Positions 1-8,848 are shown, counted from the stretch's first letter. The stretch: DNA of 19,094 nt from Candidatus Thorarchaeota archaeon (GCA_048882485.1 JBHLRP010000025.1:1-19094); one strand, 5' to 3'. Notes: a model not told the origin generated them from the letters alone. A program made the numbers and translations.

Positions 1-30
1 ACCCGGGTTCGAATCCCGGTCGGGGCACCA
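1..30 (+). tRNA. 3' part of a tRNA, truncated by the window edge; probably tRNA-Glu
   Basis: T-arm CCGGG-TTCGAAT-CCCGG, acceptor 3' strand TCGGGGC, discriminator A and encoded CCA (28-30). The end resembles archaeal tRNA-Glu as I recall it; the anticodon lies outside the window, so the isotype is tentative. Confidence 0.9.
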
Positions 31-31
31 A

Positions 32-42
32 CTTCTTTCTTG
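32..42 (+). terminator. Possible pyrimidine/T-rich archaeal terminator after the tRNA
   Basis: CTTCTTTCTTG directly follows the CCA end. Confidence 0.3.
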
Positions 43-182
43 CCTAAGGTGGTTTCAGAAACTATGTACGAAAAATTCCTTTGCCAGTTCCCATGAAATA
101 TGATTTCTGTAGCTCGGCATGATTGAGTAGAGAAGATATCTAATGGGAAGCAGAATGTGTATCATCACGGTGAGATTGAATC

Positions 183-1256
183 TTGAACGCAATTGTAGCA
201 GCAGTTGATATCAGGAAGCATAGGCAGGACTCTGTAAGACATGCGTGCGGCCTCCTAGGCGGAATTGACGATATCGATGTTTCGAATCGTGAGGTGGCAA
301 TTAAAGTGGGTGTTTACTATCCAAAGAGTGGATGGCACTCTACAATCGAAACAGTTGATAGTATTATCAGAGCGTTCACACACGCTCCAAAGAAGTACGT
401 GGTTGAAACTGATAACTATCGGGGGACAGGCACAAATCGATTGAAAGTGTGGGAATCGTTGTTTTCTGAGAGTGTAGTTCCTGTGAATCTGTCCGACGAA
501 ACAGAAACCGTTCCAGTCAATGTTCCGAACCCAGTCAGGGATGTTGTCATTGAACTTGCGGAACTCGTCCTGAAGCCCAGAGTCTTTGTCAACACGCATG
601 TCATGAGAAACTATGAGAGGGGAAGCATCCTCAAGAATCTATTTGGCCTTCCCCCCACAAGAAAGAAAGTTCAGTATCATAAGAGCGAGATATTCTTCAA
701 TCTCCTGACTTCCCTCTATGAGGCTATTGGAGGCGTCGACCTTGCAGTCTTGGATGCCACCTACTTCTCGAAGTTCTTCAAGGGAAAAGGAGCGCGAACT
801 AGGACAGATGTTCTCTTTGTTGGACGAGATGCTGTGGCGGTAGAGGCTGTTGGGTTCCATCTCGCTGGTGTCAAACCACAAAAGGTTCAGGTGATTCAAT
901 CATTTGTTGAGAAAGGGCTAGGGATTGGTGATTTAGATCAAATAGAGGTCGTCGGTGTTCCCATGGAGGAGCTCGAACTCAAGTTTGAGGAGGCCAGAAG
1001 GACCCTTGAAGCAGAGATATCTTTGAAACCAGACCCTTGGTCTCCAGCAAAGGCAGTCGATGGTCTCATAGGAAGTGGCTTCTTTAAGTTGCCCAACAGA
1101 AGAGCAATGTCAGAAGTGGTAATGGCGCTAAAAGAAGAGGATTCAAGAGCTACCGGCAGAGATCGAATGATCTATGCAACTGTGAAGAGACGTTTCGACA
1201 AAGGGAAACTTGTAGGCGAGAAAGTAGATAATGAATGGGTCTTCTGGACCATCTAA
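183..1256 (+). CDS. DUF362-family protein with a C-terminal winged-helix-like extension
   Basis: TTG start preceded by a GGTGA SD. DUF362-like motifs V-x-I-K, ETD, ILKNLFG..H, LAVLDA, GRDAVAVEAV and GLG..DL..IEVVG. An extra ~70 aa tail begins LIGSGFF. Confidence 0.7.
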   Translation: MNAIVAAVDIRKHRQDSVRHACGLLGGIDDIDVSNREVAIKVGVYYPKSGWHSTIETVDSIIRAFTHAPKKYVVETDNYRGTGTNRLKVWESLFSESVVPVNLSDETETVPVNVPNPVRDVVIELAELVLKPRVFVNTHVMRNYERGSILKNLFGLPPTRKKVQYHKSEIFFNLLTSLYEAIGGVDLAVLDATYFSKFFKGKGARTRTDVLFVGRDAVAVEAVGFHLAGVKPQKVQVIQSFVEKGLGIGDLDQIEVVGVPMEELELKFEEARRTLEAEISLKPDPWSPAKAVDGLIGSGFFKLPNRRAMSEVVMALKEEDSRATGRDRMIYATVKRRFDKGKLVGEKVDNEWVFWTI

Positions 1257-1269
1257 TTCTCAAAATGCC

Positions 1270-2127
1270 TTACGTAATTGAAAGGAGCATGTTGAAGTCT
1301 GCTGATTTGTATGAATGAGTCAGGGCTCCTGAGGAGATGATGTCCACTCCGCTCTGAGCATAGTCCTTGATATTATCCTCGTTGATTCCACCGGAAGCCT
1401 CCAACAATACTTTGTCCCGCATCTCTCGTTGGATCAGAACTTCATGGACTCCCCCTACATCTTGAGGAGTGAAGTTGTCCAAGAGTACTATGTCTGCCCC
1501 CGCTTCTATCGCCTCAATGGATTCTTGAAGAGTACGAACCTCACAGGATATCTTCTTGCTAAACGACACCCCTTCTCTAGCGGCCCTGACGGCAGCACCC
1601 GCGCCTCCAACCACGGCAATATGGTTGTTCTTGATTAGGACCATGTCGTCAAGTGCATAGCGATGTGAGTCCCCTCCACCCACTTGGACTGCCCTTTTCT
1701 CGAAATACCTGAAGCCTGGAGTTGTCTTTCTCGTTGCAGCCACACGTATCTTTGGGTTCATCTCTTTTGCAGCTTGAACCATTTCATAGGTCTTTGTTGC
1801 TATGCCGCTCATCCGTTGGATAATGTTGAGGCAGACTCGTTCCACTCCAAGAAGAGTGCGCGCAAGCCCTCTCAGACTAATTATGGGTTCTTGAGGTCCC
1901 ACCCAATTGCCCTCAAAAGCAAACACCTCATAATCAAGACTTGTGAGTTCCGCGATAGCAATCGTTTCCTTGATTCCAGCTAGTACCGATCTGCTTTTTG
2001 CATAGACTGTGGCTGAACCCAACGCATCATCAGGTATTGTGACATTGGATGTCAGGTCTCCTGTTCTGATGTCTTCCTTCAAATATCCCTTGAGGGTTTC
2101 AATCACAAAAGAAGGTAGGTCGGTCAT
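1270..2127 (-). CDS. nadC: Nicotinate-nucleotide pyrophosphorylase (quinolinate phosphoribosyltransferase)
   Basis: Motifs ED..GDLTS, ERVCLN..QRMSGIAT, TRKTTPGFR..EK.AV..GGG..HR..L.D..LIK.NH, LLDN and EASGGI. Start set at ATG 2127 (GAGGAG SD upstream); the ORF track extends to 2148. Confidence 0.96.
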   Translation of the reverse strand: MTDLPSFVIETLKGYLKEDIRTGDLTSNVTIPDDALGSATVYAKSRSVLAGIKETIAIAELTSLDYEVFAFEGNWVGPQEPIISLRGLARTLLGVERVCLNIIQRMSGIATKTYEMVQAAKEMNPKIRVAATRKTTPGFRYFEKRAVQVGGGDSHRYALDDMVLIKNNHIAVVGGAGAAVRAAREGVSFSKKISCEVRTLQESIEAIEAGADIVLLDNFTPQDVGGVHEVLIQREMRDKVLLEASGGINEDNIKDYAQSGVDIISSGALTHSYKSADFNMLLSIT

Positions 2128-2141
2128 GTTATCATACTCCT

Positions 2142-2771
2142 CTAGCACCGGGGATGTTCTGGGTTTCTTACGATTTCCTCTCTTGGTGCTGTTTCGCCAA
2201 AGATTTCAGCCTGAAATGACATGAACTCTACTTCAGGCGCTTTCCATAGGTCGCTTGGAAGTCCTGCCTTTTGGCAAGTGTGTTCCAAAAACGTCTTCGT
2301 GTCCCATGAATACTGTACAGGGACTTGTGGAAGTAAAAGCCCGCGCATCATTCCTCTAATGACTATGAGTCCGTCTCTTCCAACTTGCACAAGGCTGAGG
2401 AGCTCGTCAGGATTGGCATATTCCAGCTTTTGTGGAGGAGTAAGGACGCTTAGGTCAACTATGATTTGATCAAGTTCATCCGGGGCCACAGGTCTGAACC
2501 GTGGGTCATTCACTGCAGAATCCACAGAGGAATCAATTGTAGCTTCAATCAATGGCTGTGTTGGATATGGACGACCAATACATCCCCTAAGTCTAGCTTG
2601 CCCCCTTTCCAGAACATTGAGAGTCACAAAAACACCCGACTTCTCCCATAACTTAGTAGGGGCATCATTTGGAGGACTCGGCTTAGTCTTGTCCACAACG
2701 TAACTATCAACAGTCTGTCTAGCAAGCTTCACAAGAAGGATTCCTTCCTCGTCAGAATATGCATGGTCCAA
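2142..2771 (-). CDS. AMMECR1-domain protein (archaeal TIGR00296-type)
   Basis: GVFVTL, LRGCIG, DPRF.PV...EL, G..GL, GLLLPQV...WD...FL...C.KAGL and FQAEIF. Start set at TTG 2771 (GGTGG upstream); alternative GTG 2798. Confidence 0.93.
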   Translation of the reverse strand: MDHAYSDEEGILLVKLARQTVDSYVVDKTKPSPPNDAPTKLWEKSGVFVTLNVLERGQARLRGCIGRPYPTQPLIEATIDSSVDSAVNDPRFRPVAPDELDQIIVDLSVLTPPQKLEYANPDELLSLVQVGRDGLIVIRGMMRGLLLPQVPVQYSWDTKTFLEHTCQKAGLPSDLWKAPEVEFMSFQAEIFGETAPREEIVRNPEHPRC

Positions 2772-2823
2772 TCCATGTCCACCAACATTTCTCAGCACTT
2801 GTTATCGGTTATGCTTTTCGCAG

Positions 2824-4143
2824 CTATCGTAGGCGCCGCAAAGGCACCCTGCCTACCACTCCTTGGTCGGTAAAGAATCCACCATAGCTGTAGACTACTT
2901 CGCCTCCAACGATGGTTATGACAGGACGCGCTCGGACGGTTCTCCCCTCGAATGGAGTGATTTTTGCTTTAGAATGAAAATCTCTCCCACGAATCTCCCA
3001 ATTCTCCTTTGAAACTACAGTTATGTCTGCATCATATCCTTTGGCAATGACCCCTTTTCCTGCAATACCAAGAATTCGAGCAGGTCCTGAACTACAGACT
3101 CGGAGATAATCCAACCAGGACACCTTGTCCTCAAAGACGGCTGTGAGCATTAGGGGCACCAATGTTTCAAGTCCAGGTATGCCTGATTCTGCGTCTCTGA
3201 ATGGAAGTCTCTTCTCAAAGGTCTCATGAGGCGCATGGTCTGTTACCACACAATCAATGCCCCAGGTAGCACTAAGTCCCTTTAGAAGGGCCTCATTATC
3301 ATAGGGCGATCTCAATGGAGGGAGCATCTTAGCTCTGCCGTCTTCATGAGAGAACTCTCCTCCAGTCAAGAAGAGATGATGCGGTGTGACCTCTGCAGTC
3401 AGTGTATCTTCAGCACGATGCTCCAATAATATCCGTGCAGTCGTGCCGCAACTTACATGACAAACATGTATTCTGCTTTCATAGTATTCTGCTTTGACTT
3501 CCAGAAATTGCTTTAGAGCCTCCGCTTCGTTTTCGCAGCTGTGAATCTGAAAGAACTCATCATGCGTTTTTGGTTTCTCTCTCTGCTCGGCTAAGGCCGG
3601 GTGAAAAAGCAGCGGTATGCCATACTTGGCTGACAGTTCCATACATTCCCCTAGACGCTCCTTGGTGTAGCGTGTGCCTTCTGTCAATGGGGCGTGTGGG
3701 TAGATTTTGAATCCGAGAATCTGGGGAATCAAAGCCTCCTCCACATTCCTGACTTTGCTTGGGATTCCGGCGTAAAAGCCTACGTTGACATATCGTTTTT
3801 CTGTAGCTATGGCAATTTTCTCCTCAAGATTATCAAGAGTTATGGTCGGAGGGACAGAGTTTGGCATGTCGACTACAGTAGTCACACCACCTGCAGCAGC
3901 AGCCATAGTCCCCGTGGAGTACTCTTCCTTGTCTTCTTGTTCCAAATCCCTCATATGAACATGAATATCGATTACTCCGGGAAGAATGTATAACCCCTCG
4001 CAATTGATACTTTCAGATGCAGGGGGCTCAGCACCGGGTTCGTATATACCCTCAATAATGCCTGCTTCAATTGTGACCGAACGGACAACCTCTATCCCGT
4101 CCAGTATCACAATCCCTCTTTCTAGGATGCTGTCTACAGGCAT
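2824..4143 (-). CDS. pyrC: Dihydroorotase (type I / amidohydrolase superfamily)
   Basis: LPGVIDIHVHMRD, AAAAGGVTTVVDMPN, HVCHVS, EVTPHHL, K..PPLR, TDHAPH, G.PGLET and SKAK.TPF.G. Start at ATG 4143 or TTG 4185. Confidence 0.85.
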   Translation of the reverse strand: MPVDSILERGIVILDGIEVVRSVTIEAGIIEGIYEPGAEPPASESINCEGLYILPGVIDIHVHMRDLEQEDKEEYSTGTMAAAAGGVTTVVDMPNSVPPTITLDNLEEKIAIATEKRYVNVGFYAGIPSKVRNVEEALIPQILGFKIYPHAPLTEGTRYTKERLGECMELSAKYGIPLLFHPALAEQREKPKTHDEFFQIHSCENEAEALKQFLEVKAEYYESRIHVCHVSCGTTARILLEHRAEDTLTAEVTPHHLFLTGGEFSHEDGRAKMLPPLRSPYDNEALLKGLSATWGIDCVVTDHAPHETFEKRLPFRDAESGIPGLETLVPLMLTAVFEDKVSWLDYLRVCSSGPARILGIAGKGVIAKGYDADITVVSKENWEIRGRDFHSKAKITPFEGRTVRARPVITIVGGEVVYSYGGFFTDQGVVGRVPLRRLR

Positions 4144-4188
4144 ACCTACTTTCTGTATCACGGCACGATATGATTTTGTCGCCAAGGG

Positions 4189-5022
4189 CTATTCTTCAGG
4201 TTCTGGAATCTTGAACTTGTTTGCGACGAAACGAGTCAGATCGGTTGCACTGATGATGCCCATGAGTCTGTTACCATCACCCACCACAGGAAGTGTGTTC
4301 AGATTCGTTTTCCTCATCTTTTCAACGACAGCAGCAAGGGGCTCTTCTGGAGATACTAGTGGGGGCTCCCTTATCATGGCATCTACAACTCGTATTTGCC
4401 TGACCTGATTCCTGCGGTGCTTGTCAGGAACTTCAACACTGAACCTCGCCATCGCTTCAGCGACGGCTCTCTCAGTAAGTAATCCTAGCACTCTTGGCCC
4501 ATCTGTGACTGGAAGTCCTGAGTATCCCTTATCGAGCATTTCACTCCTTGCCTTCACAAGACGCTCCACTGGATTGACAACAAGGAGGTCTTTCGTCGTC
4601 ATCAGGTCTTCTGCCTTGATATCCTCAAACTTGGTCACAAGAGAACAAAGCTCCGTCTTTGAAATAACACCAACGAGTTTGTCATCTGCATCAACAACAG
4701 GGCATCCACTCATTCCCCTATCCACCATGAGTAGAGCAACTTCTGTGACATCATCGTCGGGTGAAACGGTAATTACGGTGTCAGTCATCGCACTCGAAAC
4801 ATGCAGTCTACCTATTGAAACGGCAACTACCTTGCTGACACTAAGCCTATCTGCAATGTCTGCATACGTCAGAATACCCGTTACTGTACCATTCTGAGTA
4901 ACAATTAGCCTATCCACACGCTTCTTATCGAGTAGTTCTAGAGCGAAAGATAGTCTCTGATCCTTGTCAATAGTGATTGGTTCTGCCATGATTTGACTTA
5001 CTTCCAATATACAATCCTCCAT
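4189..5022 (-). CDS. Four-CBS-domain (two Bateman modules) protein
   Basis: Four CBS repeats ending GILT..DI, GVIS..EL, GLLT...V and GIIS..DL. Confidence 0.92.
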   Translation of the reverse strand: MEDCILEVSQIMAEPITIDKDQRLSFALELLDKKRVDRLIVTQNGTVTGILTYADIADRLSVSKVVAVSIGRLHVSSAMTDTVITVSPDDDVTEVALLMVDRGMSGCPVVDADDKLVGVISKTELCSLVTKFEDIKAEDLMTTKDLLVVNPVERLVKARSEMLDKGYSGLPVTDGPRVLGLLTERAVAEAMARFSVEVPDKHRRNQVRQIRVVDAMIREPPLVSPEEPLAAVVEKMRKTNLNTLPVVGDGNRLMGIISATDLTRFVANKFKIPEPEE

Positions 5023-5066
5023 TCACCGTGCTTACCGAACTGAATACACTCCATTAGTTTAGCCAA

Positions 5067-5630
5067 CTAGCTCCGACAGACATCACAGAGGTATCTCCCA
5101 TCTTCAAGTGCTAAATCAGTAGAGTACTCTCCACAGCTGTCACAAACACCACCATAGGCGATTAGTTCGTCTTCCTCCTCCTCTTCCCTATTCGTGGTTT
5201 CAGACCGGAGCTTCAAAGACTCCATGAGTACATCAATAAGCTCAGGAGACCAGCGTAGAATATCTCTTGAAGTGATTATCCCGGCTAAGCTGTTGTTTTT
5301 CAGCACCGCCACTCTGCGAATATTACCACGAGCCATTATTCTCATGGCCTCAGTCAGGGGGGTATTTGGTGTGATATGAACAAGAGGAGAACTCATTATT
5401 TCTTTGGCCTTGGTCTCTTTTGGGTCCTTGTCCTCTGATACCACACGTCTAACGATATCTGACTCAGTTATGATACCCAGCGGCCGACCCTTATCACTAA
5501 CTATTATGGATCCAATGTCCATCTCATTCATCGATTGTGCCACCTCACGTACACTGGCATCTGGTGGCATTGTTACTACATTGACAGACATGATCTCTCT
5601 CACAGGCATTGAATGCGAAGGGTCAGACAT
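5067..5630 (-). CDS. CBS-pair protein with C-terminal zinc ribbon
   Basis: Two CBS repeats (VREIMS..., GIITESDI, GIITSRDIL), an acidic linker, then CDSC...CDVC. Start set at ATG 5630 (GAGGT SD); ATG 5699 is an alternative. Confidence 0.9.
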   Translation of the reverse strand: MSDPSHSMPVREIMSVNVVTMPPDASVREVAQSMNEMDIGSIIVSDKGRPLGIITESDIVRRVVSEDKDPKETKAKEIMSSPLVHITPNTPLTEAMRIMARGNIRRVAVLKNNSLAGIITSRDILRWSPELIDVLMESLKLRSETTNREEEEEDELIAYGGVCDSCGEYSTDLALEDGRYLCDVCRS

Positions 5631-5723
5631 CAGATAATACCTCGGCACCTCAGAAAGTTGGTCATCAATCACCCAGAGCACCTGGGCTTCAGGGTGCATT
5701 CTTGACTGACTCAACGCCGTTGG

Positions 5724-5731
5724 AATTTAAA
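5724..5731 (-). promoter_or_regulatory. Putative TATA box for the CBS-CBS-pyrC-AMMECR1-nadC genes
   Basis: TTTAAATT on the minus strand in the rqc2/CBS intergenic space. Confidence 0.5.
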
Positions 5732-5769
5732 CGTGTCTGTATTGTACGATATGTTTCAGTGAACCATGT

Positions 5770-7788
5770 TTACCGTCTTGCATCACTTGTGACTACTTCG
5801 CCTCCGCCTGCAGGCAGGACGCGCATCATGTCCTCTTGTGGAATCTCATCAATCAAATGCATCTTGTCCTCAGGCACCAATTTCTTCAGCTGATTAAGAA
5901 TTTCTTTCACAAGCTGACCTTTCTTCTCCTTGCCTGGAGCAACCTTTACTGTGTATTCTGTATGAGCAGACAATGCTGAAGGTGGGCCTGATAATGGAAT
6001 TGCTTCATCATCCTCTATCAAGACCCCTACAGCGAGGTCTAGCGGCACTCTTCGAATGTAGTTTTTGGAGCCATAGATCATGACAGCACCAGAGGGTAGA
6101 TACTCTCCGGAGGGTGGAGTGAAACTTACCTGTTCTGGATTGACCCAATAGGCATCACCAGACGACAGACCGTCTTGCCATGCTCGAGAAAACGTGACCG
6201 CGAACTGCGCAGCTTCAGTCAGAGTCTGTTCTCCGGGTGAATCTCCGGAAGCCTTGACAACTACATAGGGTGCACCGTGGAGTGCAGCGTGGAGAAAAAC
6301 ATCATTTGGTTCCATCTGTCGTTTTGCAAGCCTTTCGTTGGTCTTTGCGTCACGTCCTCCAATGACAAGGAGTCCTTCTGAGGATAGAAACCATCTAAAC
6401 TTCTCATACCATTTCTTCTTCCTGATTCGAACAGCAACCTTCTTCTCCGTTTCAGGCTTGACTGTTTTGGCTTCAAGTTCCTTCAGCTTTGTCAGTGTCT
6501 TCTCGATTTGCTTTTGTGCCCCCTTGGTCTTGGCTTCCGACTTCTTGGCCTGTTCATATGCTAGTGATGCATTCTCTTGTGCACTCTTTCTAATATCTAG
6601 ACTCACATCGATATCTGCAAGCTTCACAACAATCTTGCCTTGAGAGGGTATTATTCTTTCAATTATGGCTGCGGATGCTATACCCCTCTCTTTCCCTTCC
6701 TCGACCCTACGTGTTATCTCGGCCCACGATAGACCACTCGCTCTTGCGCTGCTTATTGTTTCTAGGACCTCTTGCACCGTCTGAAAGCTATTGTAAATGG
6801 CTTCACCTGCCAATCTTAAGCTGCTAGCTCTAGCTTCTAATCGAGTGATACCCTCTTTCTGTTTCTCAATAATCGTTTCCAGCCGCTTGCGTTCCTTGAC
6901 ATGAGCTTCGAGAACTGCCTCATCCTCAAGTTCCATGTCAGACACGCCATAAAAGCTGTCAATTGCTTGGCTGAATGTAGAGAAGGGATTTGTTGATAGG
7001 CCATTATACACCTCGAACATGAAAGGCACGAATGCAACTTGTTCTCCCTCGTCATCATCAATGATGATGCGCGGCTCATTGATTCCGTTCTTGAGACTCT
7101 CAATGAATCGAGAGAAACCATCTGATAGGTCCTTCACCGCCTGTTCATCTAAGTCCGGAACCTTTGCTTGAGGATCAACTCCTCCGCGTGCACAAATCTC
7201 TTCACAACTCAAAGAGTCGAGGTTCAGTCTACTTGCCAGTGTTCTTACCACATTCGCATTCGATTCAGAAAGGATTTGTTCAAGAGCATCTGACTCCAAA
7301 TTCATGACATCCATTCCACGAGGGGGCGGGAATTCGTACTTTGCCTTAGGGATTACATCACGGTCCTTCATTCTCCTGTAGCGCATTGCAACGAATATTG
7401 TGTCATCTGGGTCGAGAAGAAGCACGTTTCCATTGCCGAATAGTTCTACTACCAATTTATGCGAACTTGCTTCATCACCGACTTCTATCACCACAATTCT
7501 ATCCAAGTCGTGTTGATATACTGACATGACTTTCCGGTCTCGGAGATATTTCCTGAGTGCAGTGCAGAACTTCGGTGGAACCCTGGGAGCAACTCGACGG
7601 TACTCAGTGAGATGAATTCGACGACCGACCTCGAAGAGAAGCTGTGATGTGCCTCCTGCAGGTCGATAGAGCTTGAGCACAAAGACATCCCCATATTGGT
7701 ATACATTCTTGATGAACGAACCTTCTGCCGACTCTTTTAGCTCTGGCAGAATTAGCCGAATGTCAATATTGCTCATAGTTTCTTTCAT
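5770..7788 (-). CDS. rqcH: Ribosome quality-control factor Rqc2/NEMF/RqcH homolog (NFACT family)
   Basis: NFACT-N (MSNIDI, F...LRKYL, DRI, ELFG.GN..L), coiled coil with NA..Y...KK, NFACT-R (WYEKFRWF.SSEG.LVIGGRDA..NE, HA..HGAP, AW, GEYL..G..MI.G.KNY) and archaeal NFACT-C tail. ATG 7788 has a GGAGG SD. Confidence 0.95.
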   Translation of the reverse strand: MKETMSNIDIRLILPELKESAEGSFIKNVYQYGDVFVLKLYRPAGGTSQLLFEVGRRIHLTEYRRVAPRVPPKFCTALRKYLRDRKVMSVYQHDLDRIVVIEVGDEASSHKLVVELFGNGNVLLLDPDDTIFVAMRYRRMKDRDVIPKAKYEFPPPRGMDVMNLESDALEQILSESNANVVRTLASRLNLDSLSCEEICARGGVDPQAKVPDLDEQAVKDLSDGFSRFIESLKNGINEPRIIIDDDEGEQVAFVPFMFEVYNGLSTNPFSTFSQAIDSFYGVSDMELEDEAVLEAHVKERKRLETIIEKQKEGITRLEARASSLRLAGEAIYNSFQTVQEVLETISSARASGLSWAEITRRVEEGKERGIASAAIIERIIPSQGKIVVKLADIDVSLDIRKSAQENASLAYEQAKKSEAKTKGAQKQIEKTLTKLKELEAKTVKPETEKKVAVRIRKKKWYEKFRWFLSSEGLLVIGGRDAKTNERLAKRQMEPNDVFLHAALHGAPYVVVKASGDSPGEQTLTEAAQFAVTFSRAWQDGLSSGDAYWVNPEQVSFTPPSGEYLPSGAVMIYGSKNYIRRVPLDLAVGVLIEDDEAIPLSGPPSALSAHTEYTVKVAPGKEKKGQLVKEILNQLKKLVPEDKMHLIDEIPQEDMMRVLPAGGGEVVTSDARR

Positions 7789-7816
7789 TGCCAATCGCTC
7801 CTCCAGTCCGATATTG

Positions 7817-7822
7817 TTATAA
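7817..7822. promoter_or_regulatory. Palindromic TATA-like element in the divergent rqc2 / OPTI-like intergenic region
   Basis: TTATAA reads the same on both strands and lies in the 77-bp gap between the two starts. Confidence 0.45.
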
Positions 7823-7865
7823 CCTAGTCGATTGACAGACGCATAACTCCGGCAGGTGTCACGCG

Positions 7866-8213
7866 ATGTCATCAGTTACAACACCTCTTCAGAATATCTT
7901 CAAGCGTCTTTTCAGCAGATGGGCTGATTCAGCAGATGACCAACAGACCTATGTTAAGATATTCTTCGCATTAATCACTGCACTAATCTGCGGACTTGCA
8001 GGACCTGCTTTTCGAGGATCAAGAGGTCTGATTTTTGGATTGCTCATGTATTCGCTGACTCTCTATGTCATAGTCTACTTGCTAGAGATAGATCCCAAAG
8101 AGATTGGAGGCCGACAGAAACTCGTTACAGCTGGCCTTCCTACATTTCTATTGCTTTGGGTACTCTTTTGGACGCTAATCTATACCTTCTCCCTTCCTCC
8201 AGCATTGCTCTAG
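7866..8213 (+). CDS. Rab5ip/OPTI (C20orf24)/EMC6-like three-TM membrane protein
   Basis: Three hydrophobic segments. The C-terminal LEIDPKEIGGRQKLVTAGLPTFLLLWVLFWTLIYT matches the OPTI/EMC6 pattern L.ID..E.GG...L...G......F...W...YT (recalled, not searched). Confidence 0.75.
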   Translation: MSSVTTPLQNIFKRLFSRWADSADDQQTYVKIFFALITALICGLAGPAFRGSRGLIFGLLMYSLTLYVIVYLLEIDPKEIGGRQKLVTAGLPTFLLLWVLFWTLIYTFSLPPALL

Positions 8214-8695
8214 AGCAGAGCCAGCAGTTGGATGAGGACATAAGCCACACTCAGAAATGGAATCAGTGGCGTACCCCTTTCACTAGTCTTCATCGACCAA
8301 TTTGAGTACACATAGCCTAAAATCAACATGATGAGCATAGTCAGGCCGCTACCTATGATTGCCTCAAGTGCTGAATCACTCCATAGAGCTAGTTCTATAC
8401 CTGGACTAATTATGCTCACAATAACCAATGTCTTAAGGTCGGCTCCGCCAATTGCTCCGATTCGAAAGAGCGCATAAGCGAGAATAATAACGAAAAGGAA
8501 TGCTGCAACGTGCAGCAGAAAATTTTCAACCAGATGTCCAGTAAGGGCCGTGATGGCAAATCCTATTGTGCCTCCAATCAGTACAAGGTGATTGGCGATC
8601 ATTCTATCACGAATATCTAGTATACTGAAGATACTGAGAATCACGAGGGCTGTACCAAAGGCGACTAAGGATGTAGGTGAAAGGTCTACTGTCAT
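8210..8695 (-). CDS. Peptidase A24 (prepilin/prearchaellin peptidase-like GxGD-type aspartic protease), minimal form
   Basis: D-I-R-D-R-x-I-x-N first aspartate, IGGADLK second aspartate, C-terminal PLIPF and multiple TM helices. Stop overlaps the convergent gene's stop (CTAG, 8210-8213). Confidence 0.85.
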   Translation of the reverse strand: MTVDLSPTSLVAFGTALVILSIFSILDIRDRMIANHLVLIGGTIGFAITALTGHLVENFLLHVAAFLFVIILAYALFRIGAIGGADLKTLVIVSIISPGIELALWSDSALEAIIGSGLTMLIMLILGYVYSNWSMKTSERGTPLIPFLSVAYVLIQLLALL

Positions 8696-8848
8696 AGGGA
8701 CATCATCTCTCGTAGTAATAATCTGTTCTAAAGTATATAGTCCTCTCATGTAACCCGATAGTAAGAAAGATTAGGTGGCTAATGGGCTGCGAGTCCGTGC
8801 AAGGGGCTAACCCAGCCTCTTCAACAGCAATTCCCAGAAGATGATATA

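Noticed and set aside
1-1256. tRNA-integrated mobile element
   Set aside because: No integrase, no duplicated tRNA 3' end seen, and housekeeping genes resume at 1270.
8784-8818. SECIS element or selenoprotein recoding
   Set aside because: No in-frame TGA interrupts any recognised gene, and the hairpin lacks recognisable SECIS motifs.
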